Shown in pieces: positions 54,573 to 64,000 of a DNA stretch of 64,000 nt. A model generated the notes under the pieces. That model saw only the letters and a program-made list of their open reading frames with translations. It made no database searches and had not been told where the DNA came from. A program made the position numbers and the translations under genes. Where the stretch lies: the NCBI GenBank assembly GCA_028023455.1, contig JAQFVV010000008.1, positions 15,190,001-15,254,000 on the forward strand. Reading direction: 5' to 3'. The stretch is from Epiperipatus broadwayi. Its lineage: Eukaryota; Animalia; Onychophora. The first letter of the stretch is position 1. Each line of letters starts with the position of its first letter.

Positions 54573-56210
54573 CCAGATTACCATCTCTACACATATATGC
54601 TACAAGTGCTCAGATATATATTAAGATAGCAAATTCTCCTACTTTAATGGACAGGCTTCAATCTACTCCACACTCCAACTCTTCAACCGTCCATCCAATT
54701 GAAAATCTGATGATGGAACGCTCAAAGGCCACCCTGAGGCCGAGATTATTGTCACACCCATGTTGACCTAAAGTCAATCCGACCCCTCATGTACAGGACA
54801 TAATCCATTAAATACATATACAAGCATTTGTAAAAAAATCTCACAGAAAATATTTAATTAATTTGCAAATAACTTTAACATTTATATCTATATAGAAATG
54901 TGTATGTGCATATATGTATATAATAAATATTTCAAATTAGAACTAAATAAGACATTCCTCTAATATGGTGTAAGGTTATATTTGAATCAAAAGTGTACAC
55001 ATTGTATAGAAGGTGGAGTTATATAACACTTGAACAACATCTGCAGAAATATTAATGCTTTTCTTATGAAGAAAAGTTTTAAATGATCTGAGAGGTGTTT
55101 CTGAGGATATTGATTTCTCAATTATTCAAAATGGTCTCCAGTTTAATAATATTTAAATCAAAGGATGATCAAATGTATACTATAATTTTCCTCAAATTAG
55201 GGTTAAGCTGTATGAATTGAAGTATAATCTTCTTGGAAGATGTCATTATAGTCTGGAAGCAATGTTTAAAACATGAGATGAATATGTTTTTTTCAATTTG
55301 TTCAAACAGAATACACCTGCTATACATTTATTTATACCAGAAATGATTAAATTCACTTAGTATAAGAACTCATATAATCAACTTAAGATGTTTAGAAAAC
55401 ATCAGTCATGAATAATTATTACATATTTTGTTGCTACTTTGATATTCATTAAGTATGTATTTATTGTTCAATGAAAGATTTGTATTTCATTAACATTGAA
55501 TCAGATTTTAAAAATAAAAGAGATAAAATGAGATATTTTTGGTGATATTTGTCATAGCAATTATTTGATCAAAAAAAGGAGAAAAATATGTAAACTAATA
55601 AAATTAGAATTTATTTTAATGGTGATGTAAACAGATCAGCTAACCTATGTCTGTAACATGTGATTTATGGATTATAGTTTGACCACACTTGGATTAAAAG
55701 AATACCATTATATGATTATTAAAATTATGGTAGTTTCATCATCATTTTTACATCCAGAAAAAGCAGTCATATTGAGAGACTTCACTTGATGATTGCCTTC
55801 ATAAATCTTTCCAGTGGTCAGAAAAAGTGATAACAAAAATTTGTTTTTTTTTTACTATAACTTAAATATTTTATATATGTGTATATAAGATAATAATAAA
55901 CTATGGGGTGAAGTCAATTGGTGAAATCATTGCAATCAAGTTTTTATTTTATAATCAATATTCATTTGACAAACCCACATTATTCTGAAGCATTAACTTT
56001 ACAACTAAGAACAGTTGGATATTTAGTTAGTAATTAATAGTAGATGACTAGGTGACTGTTTATGAGCTGTTAGTGAAAAAAATCTTGTGCTTTCTTGCCA
56101 TATATATATATATAAAATACAAATAAAATGTCCATTAATTAAAAGCTATTGTAATAACAATTAAAATAATAAATATAACATTAATTAACTATTATATACA
56201 GTCTTTCAAT

Positions 56211-56256
56211 CCACATAAGTACTTTCAGTTAATTACTTAACCCTCCTCAACTGCTG
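56211..56256 (-). ncRNA. Decayed hammerhead ribozyme at the Penelope 3' end
   Basis: Minus strand TTGAGGA-G-GGTTAA-GTAA-TTAACT-GAAA-GTAC-TT: 6-bp stem II (one G-U), palindromic GTAC loop, C3>U, and an eroded stem I. Confidence 0.65.
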
Positions 56257-57420
56257 TTAAATTCAAAAAACATAATGAGAGCAAACATCATCAACTCAAA
56301 TCCCATGAATCCTAAATTTAACAGCAGCTTGTCTATTAATTATTTTCATTTAATTTCTATTTATTAAAATTGCCTCCTTAATTTTTTTTTATTATTGTTT
56401 TTCTCTTCATGAAGAATCTTAACACTTTCAAGATCAAACTTAAATTTATATTTACATGTCCTTTCATGATCCAAAAAACTGAAGCAGTCATTAAATCATT
56501 ATTATTTTTTATTTTTCACAAACTTGTATAACAATTCATGCCCCTTTAATCTTTTCTTAATAATGCACCTCAATTCATCTATATATGATAACCTACATCC
56601 ACAAAAAATTTAATACATAGCATTGTTTTTTTTTTGTTTGACAGGTATGAAACTTTTAGAATTATTCACTAACTTATTAACATTATAACACAAAATGAAA
56701 CATTAAACACATCCTTATATTTATCCTTAAAACATTTCACTTGAGCATTTGAAATATATGGAATAGATATCCATTAAATTATTATAACTCTTTTTAAATT
56801 GACATAAAGTATTGTTAATCTGTAAAATCTCATAAGGAAATTCAAGCAATTCCTTGGCAAATATATCAATATTTTTTAATTTATTACACTGATAAGGATA
56901 TAATTTTTCATTACAAAACAAAAAAGATCTAAAACTTACCATCTTAAGCATGATTGTTACTTTTGATTTACAATTTATATATCCCCTTTTTTGCAATGGT
57001 TTGATTAGTAATTTATAACTTAACATACTATTATCTCTTGTGATAAATAAATCCAAATACTTAATACTTTTATCCTGTTCTTTTTCAGTAGTTAATTTCA
57101 AGTCATCCAAATTATTAAACTCGTCTACAAGCAAATTTATAGTTAAACCACAAAACATCACATCTTTATGCTTACACAAGCTGCGCTACTAAATTGAGAG
57201 TTTCGCCTCTGTGTCACATTTATAATATTGATATTTCTGCAAACAAAAACATCATCCACATATCTTTTTAAAATTTTAATATCTTTAAAAGTACACATAT
57301 CTAAAATACTACTCTCATATGTAAACAAAACAAAATTACAAACTTTTGCAATAGCAAGCAGGCCCATATGTCAACCTTTAGACATTTTATAATATCCACC
57401 TTCAGAAGAAACAATAATAT
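56211..57420 (-). mobile_element. Penelope-like element (RT plus GIY-YIG endonuclease), 5'-truncated and decayed
   Basis: Minus-strand frames give YYKMSKG*HMG, LKRYVDDVF, LKLTTEKEQDKSIKYLDLFI and FKFDLESVKILHEEK...KIKEAILIN...INRQ (GIY-YIG C-terminus), followed by an HHR relic at 56217-56250. Confidence 0.85.
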
Positions 57421-57429
57421 AATATGTTA

Positions 57430-57975
57430 AGTTATAAATTAATATTTAAACCATTGCAAAAAAGGGGAATATATAAATTGTAAATTAAAAGTAACAATTA
57501 TGCATAAGATGGCAACTCATAGATTTTTTTTGTTTTATAATGAAAAATTATGTTGTTACCAGTGTGATAAATTTAAAAATGTTGAGATATTTGCCAAGAA
57601 ATTGCTTAAATATTCTTATAAAATTGAACAGATTAACAATAGTTTATGTCAATTTAAAAAGTTATAATAATTTAAAGGAGCTGAAGATTGATAATAAAAA
57701 ATGAATATCAATTCATTTCAAATGCTCAAGTGAAATTTTTAAGGATACGTTTAATGTTTCATTTTGTGTTACAGATAACATTAATAAGTTAGTGAATAAT
57801 TTTGAAAATGTCATACATGTCAAGCAAAAAAGTAATGTGTATCAATTTTTTTTATGTATGTTATCATACATAGGTGAATTAAGGTGCAGTATTGAGAAAA
57901 GATTAAAGAAGCATCAATTGTTATACAAGCATGTGAAAAGTAAAAATAATAATGATTTAATAACTGCATCTATGA
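57430..57975 (+). mobile_element. Inverted partial copy of the Penelope-like element (thumb plus GIY-YIG N-terminus)
   Basis: Reverse complement of ~56480-57022. ORF 57792-58034 reads SNVYQFFLCMLSYIGELRCSIEKRLKKH, a GIY-YIG VY...YIGE..R..RL..H motif. Confidence 0.85.
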
Positions 57976-59216
57976 AGTTACTATATCAGTACATATATAA
58001 ATTTTATAGCTGTGGAATAATTTTGGCAGCTTGACCTATAATATGTTTTAGTCTTAAATAGTATTTATCATGCCAAAGTATTTAAATCTTTAATAAGTGA
58101 TAGCATAAAATAATTAGTAATGTATTTTCAAAGTTAAGAGTCTTAATGTAGTCAAATTTTTTAAAAAGCTAATACTAATTTTAGAATTAAAAAACTGAGT
58201 TCAAACCCTATATTTAGGTTTGCTAATAATTAAATTAAAATTCTAGTGTTAATCTAATTTTAATTTTAGCACAGAATATTATAATTAAATATTTAGAATT
58301 ATTCATTAATAAAAAGTAAAAATAAAAAAGACAGGATTTAAAGTAGTAGATAAATGAATGCATGGATGAATGAATAAATGCAGTGTTTAATTTTAACATT
58401 TATTTATTTAAAGTATTATCAAATGTCTGATTTTAAAAAACAATTTAAAATATATTTTGAGCAACTTTTATAGGTTAAAATTAATGATAAATTAAATGTG
58501 TTAAATATTATAGGTAATATCTTTATTTTAAAACGTAAATTTTAATTATGTAATATTTTATTTTATTATGTTTAAATTTGTAAATAATTGTAACCAAAAT
58601 ATCTTTAATTTTATTGTCTAGACAGGGAAATTAATTTATTTTAAAAGCTAAATATTAATTAAGCTTTTTGTTAATCTTTCTTGGTTTCAGTAGAATGTGG
58701 ATTCGAACCAATAAAGAAAAAGGTGCAAAGATTTAAATGCCAATAAATCAGTATTTTAAAGTGGTCACCTGACCCAAGCTATAAATAGGATAAATTAGCA
58801 CATGCACACCCACTTCACTTTGATGCTTTTGCACTTCAATTCTTTGCTTCATTTTATTAATCATTTTGTTTATTGCATTTGTATTTTAAAGCTTCACTTT
58901 TGATAAAACTTTAATTTTATTTAAATGTTTTTTTATTTTCTTAGTTTAAAGTAATGTTAGGTTAGAATTTAACTTTTCTGAATACAACATCTAAATTTAA
59001 ACTTCAAGGAACAAGAAATTTTTATTCCAGTCAACTTTATAGGTAAAATTAGTTAATTGTTACAATGTTTAACGTATTTTTATTTAAACTTTGTCCACTA
59101 GGAAACTTTGATAGACATTATTATTATCACCATGATGACATAAGAACTGTTATCAATTTCAAAACATATTTAAATATCTGTCTAATATTTTAATTTGTTG
59201 CAAAAATAGTGCAAAA

Positions 59217-62200
59217 TTGACACAACAAATACCCAAAATACAATTAAGAAAATTAAAAGAAAATCAATTCGCTCAGATAAATCAAGCTCTGATGATGACA
59301 GCTCCCACCCGGTACTTTACTCACCACCCCCCTCTAACAAACAAATCTCCGATAAATCCAACTCAACTCCAAATCCATAAAAAAAGAGGAAACCATGGAT
59401 CTTCAACCTTAGATACCATTGATTCTCCCGATAATCACAGATTCTCTATTCCATCAGACACCGAAGACTTCATGATCATTCCTCAACCAACAAATATATC
59501 ACCAACCATCTACAATTCAATCACAATCTCTGACTCTAACAACATCAGACCTCATTAATATAGAGATCCCACATTCACTTGATCCTTTCTGAGGAGTTTA
59601 TTAATCTATCATGTTCTCAAAATATGGCATAAACATTCCATCAACTCAATCAATAGAGTTCTTGCTATTAAAAATCTCTCACTCTCTCCCCACATATACT
59701 TCTTATGCGACCAAACATCACTATAAACTACCATAAAATAATATCTCTTCTCTCCTCTCTCGGATTTACTAGATTTTCCATCCCATTCACTTCATGGTTT
59801 CTTCTTCAAATCACACCACCAAAATTTCAACATTCTATTCCTAGATCCAATATTATTATTATAGAAATAGATTATTGGGGTTATCCGATCATCATACTTA
59901 TATTTATACACCAAAGACACCTCTCAATATCTAAAAATATTCATATCCTAAATCCATCAACTACCTCCCCTACCATTCTTCTCGAGACTTTAACACCACC
60001 TACAATGACTTCAACAAAGATTTTCATCTAATAAATCCAATTAATTAGAGGATTCTTCCACCCGACCTACTCTTTCTATACTAAAATAAAACCCTAATTA
60101 TTTTTTACACCCCAGACCTCCATTTCAACCTTGATCACCTAACCCTTTCTTTCTCCGATCATATCTCTGATCTTACAACTCACCCTATCTCAATCCCTAC
60201 ACCTATAGATGACCTGAAAACCATCCATGATCACCCAATCAAACATGACCAATAGTTTGATCATACATCTATTTCCAGAAAATAAACATCCTTTCCCTCC
60301 CTCTGAGAGTTTTCCTTCATCGAATTCTTCAGTCCATATTAAATCACCACACCAGGAAAATCAAAGACCAAATGTCTTCTAAATACCTAACAGACATTAA
60401 TATACAACTTCAACATCACACAAAATTTCACAAATACAGAAAAAATTATCTTCCTTAAAACCTCTACAAAATCAACAAAAATCCCTTGCAGAATATATTT
60501 CCATCAGAAACCAAATCTTTTACACAACAACACTCTGAGAGACTACCTCAGATGACTGGGTACAATAAAAACAAATCACTCCCACATCCATTTATACTAA
60601 TGTACCAATCTCATTCTATCCAATGATCACACATCACAAACAATTCTCCAATTAATCAAAAGATGGCCCCTCCAGTAAACACTGTTGATTAGCCCACGAA
60701 CATGCATCACAGAAATCCAAATTAAAAGAAGAATCATCACTCTGACCATTCATCCTCCTCACCATCCCAAATTTCCTTCTCAAACACCCATCAATTCACT
60801 GTTCCAATTATTAAAAATGATAGACACTACTTCCCCACGAAACATACAGATCTTTACCTGTACTCCTTTTATTAAAACAAAACCACTAAATGACATTAAC
60901 AGTATCCGACCAATATCAAGATTATAGAGTCAGTCATTAAGGACCAAATCCAACCTCAAATTCTTACAATATCTCCCAAACCAATACGAAAAAGGGATCA
61001 TCAACCTCCATCTATTCCAATAGAATCACTGTTCAATCATATCAGATACATCTAAATCCAAACCTATTCTCCAACTGGATGTTACACATTCGATTCATAC
61101 AGATCAACACCCTTCTGATATTCTGATGGAATACGACATTCCAGCTGCAATTGTTCAGATTATCACAATCTGCTCAACAACAGAAAGATTTTTCTCTCTC
61201 TTGATCAAGATCACTCCAGGTTTCACAACAATCGATCCCTCAAGATCTCCGCTCATGCCCTTTTCTTCACAGCATACATCAACCCTCTTCTGGTGGATAT
61301 AGAAAAACCTCCCTGGAATATTCCTTCCTTCTCTCAATAAAGATTTCAATGTATTCATACATAGATGACATCATGTTGTGCTTCCCACCATTAAATACCT
61401 TCCCCATCTCATGAACATCTTAAACAGAAATACATAAACTTCCTACAAATAAATTTTAACAAATCTTCCATCTGAAGATAATTCTTAAACAAACAACTCT
61501 TCCTTTTCTGCTAAATCACAAAGATACCTTCTTCCCAATCTTCAAACCTCCAACTCAATCAAGAATGATTCAAGACAATCCTCCAATCAACTACCACACC
61601 ACTTCACTCTCTAATACCTTTCATTATATGAAAGGTTACCTCCTCAACATGATCATAATCCAAAAATTCATATTATCTTCCATTCATTAAAATCACTAAA
61701 CATTTCAAAATAAAATTAACCATTATACCAAACTTCTCTGGAGAGAAATTCATACTTCAGTATCCAACGACCACATTAATGTTATTCCACTCAATACACA
61801 ATCATTTTACAAAAACTCACAATATTCTACATAATCTGATCCTCTCCTATGGATACTCCAACATTATGAAAAAAATTACACCAACTGATTCCCCCGCCCT
61901 TTCCAGTTCATGGATATCATTCTAATAGATCATCTACAACTTTATAACCCGACGAGTCCTCTAACCTAACCAAAAATCCTTTTGGACAACAATCTAACAA
62001 CTATAATCAACAACCCATAAAACCACCTAAAAATAACCAACCAAATCTCATTACACACTTCAAAAGATGGGCTGAACCCAAATTCCTGGACTTAATCATT
62101 AAAATTAATCTTTCCCACAAATTTTTCTTTATTACCGAAGAGTTTTATATTGACCTATATTGTTTATGCGTGAAGAGAAACCACAGACCATATTTCACTG

Positions 62201-62540
62201 TCCAAGTTAAAATCTGAAAGATATAATCATAATCAATTCTTACATAAGATCAAATGATTTTCTCACTTGAAAAGCCATTAATAGTGAACTTTTCAATAAT
62301 AGCCTCATCTTTGTCCTTTATTCCATATGAAGTGAGATAAAACCTCAGAATTCCCCCACAAATCATCCATTGTTTTCCGACTCTCAAAAAAACAAGAAAC
62401 GGATCCCTTGCTCCAGTAAAGTCTTTGCTGTCTCTAACCGCTCTATCCTTTTCCTGATTGTCAACTCCCACCTACCCAGAATTCTAGAATGACAAATTAA
62501 AAAGAAAATGTGTGTTATTAAAAAAAAAAAAAAAAGAAAA
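59217..62540 (+). mobile_element. Near full-length but heavily frameshifted non-LTR retrotransposon (APE endonuclease + RT + Zn knuckle; L1/Tx1-like)
   Basis: Relic motifs in the expected order: ILL(G)DFNT (~59975-96), LDH and SDH (~60130-60160), RPIS (~60905), IPQ(G)SPL (~61235-50), YIDD (61358-69), and C-x-C...EETTDHIFHCP (~62161-62205). Strong C/A strand skew and an A-tail at 62521-62540. The clade assignment is tentative. Confidence 0.75.
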
Positions 62541-63221
62541 ATATCGTCTCGTTTTATTTCTCACAAACCCTTCATTAACCTAACCACAAGGTATAACAAC
62601 CTAACACATATTCTCCATGTTAACAGAACTTTTTATATTATTGACAATTTATTCTAACTTACCATTATCAAAAGAACCTTTTATTACTAAAAAATTTTTG
62701 TTAAAAAATTATCAGCAGCAACAATATTTTTAAACATCTTGAATAACTTTAAGATGTTTTTACTAAAAATATTCATTTATAAACTATTATCTGAAATTAA
62801 TTTACCATGTGTAAAGAACTTTAAAATTTCATTTAATAAAGACGTATTTATGATAGGTATATTTTATCAATCATTCTTATATCTATAAGAAAATAATCTT
62901 TAACTTTATTGTATAATATTGCTTGAATAGACAATTATTTGTGCTGATAATAACAAAATATCCATTCTTTTTATGGTAACATAAATGGAATTTATTTATT
63001 GTGACTGTTTTTGCCCAAGAGGAAAGAAATACAGTTTCTTAGAGCCTGGGAAGATAAAATTATCTCACATTATTTGAAGAATGCATAATAAATGTTTTTA
63101 AAATATTTAAAATAAGTTACTTGCAGTATAAATGCAAATATAAAATAATTTAGTAAATGATATTATATTTGAATTGACTTTAAATAAGCTTTGCCTGTGT
63201 TATTAATTTTGTGAAAGCCTG

Positions 63222-63226
<5 letters not shown>

Positions 63227-63254
<28 letters not shown>
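63227..63254. repeat. (TC)n microsatellite, ~14 units
   Basis: Direct reading of the sequence. Confidence 0.95.
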
Positions 63255-63258
<4 letters not shown>

Positions 63259-64000
63259 TGTTGCTATGAAAACCACCACTATAATTTTAAAATGTGATAT
63301 TTGAAAAGAAATATTTCTCCTGCTAAATTCTCTTTTATTACTGCTAATTAATATAATGCTCTTAAAAGATTAAGTATTGAATACTTAATTTTAATTATGA
63401 AGAAACATTTTATTGCAACTTAATAAATTTTTATCATTATTTAAACCCTTATTCAATGAATGGCCTTATTTTATAGTGTGCTAGCATAATTTATTTTGAA
63501 TTCTATTTAAAGATAACCATGAAGTGTTTTTATATTTTAGTTATATTATATTTGTACATTGGATATATTTGCTGTCTACAGAAATTTATTGCCTAATAAA
63601 CTTTCTGTTTCTGTTAATGGTTTAATGATCAAAGAATGGAAGAAATAGAACTTTATTTTATTTATTTTAAAGGGTAAATTGGTTAATATTTTATTTATGT
63701 TTAGGATTTTGCATACAAGGTTTTTATTTCAGTTACATATTATTTTATCTATTTTATATACTATTTTTAGAAATAATTTTTGGAGTAAAGTTCTCAGAAT
63801 ATCAGTGTATGATGTTTGCGTATTTTAAAATATGTTTTCTTTTTGTATATGAATTATTTATTTATAAAAGGTATATTGTTTTGCTGAATGCAGTATAAGT
63901 AGATGTATGTTTCTGTTATTTTATTTTATTGCTTTTTGAGCTATGTTTAGCATTAATTATTTATCATCTTTCACATCTGTTAGTTATAGTATTTTTTTGC

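Larger units (their letters stand above)
53435..54821 (-). repeat. Tandem array of ~2.94 x 472-bp monomers flanked by an AAGCATTT duplication; each monomer carries a hammerhead ribozyme (retrozyme-like)
   Basis: Monomer starts at 53434, 53905 and 54377 (spacing 471 and 472). Only four variable positions among the three copies. AAGCATTT at 53427-34 and 54822-29. Confidence 0.95.

Noticed and set aside
1-64000. CRISPR arrays, rRNA, intact tRNA, Cys-rich toxin exons, and the many short AT-rich ORFs in the track
   Set aside because: No repeat-spacer structure, cloverleaf or Cys-framework exon was found. Most short ORFs are F/L/I/K/N-rich chance frames.

Overview
AT-rich eukaryotic DNA, probably from an invertebrate such as an arthropod (inferred from composition, TE families and the gene fragment). 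It is mostly intronic or intergenic sequence with many retroelement remains. The only host-gene piece I can support is the last coding exon of a Mad/Mxi1 (MXD-family) gene at 13839-13966 (+). Recognisable mobile elements: a gag-only LTR retrotransposon (~21.2-26.3 kb), a young RTE-clade LINE with a 5' inversion nested in a hAT MITE (26.4-28.2 kb), two L1/Tx1-like LINE remnants (49-50.6 kb and 59.2-62.5 kb), and a Penelope-like element with an inverted partial copy (56.2-58 kb). The most notable signal is a set of hammerhead ribozyme (HHR) motifs. A young, TSD-flanked array of ~2.94 x 472-bp monomers (53435-54821) carries a minimal type I HHR in each monomer on the minus strand, which is the architecture of a retrozyme / circular-RNA-templated retroelement. 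Further Penelope-type HHR relics lie at ~34.1, 35.3, 45.0/45.1, 52.9, 56.2 and possibly 18.4 kb. All alignments and folds were done by eye, and no ribozyme activity is demonstrated.
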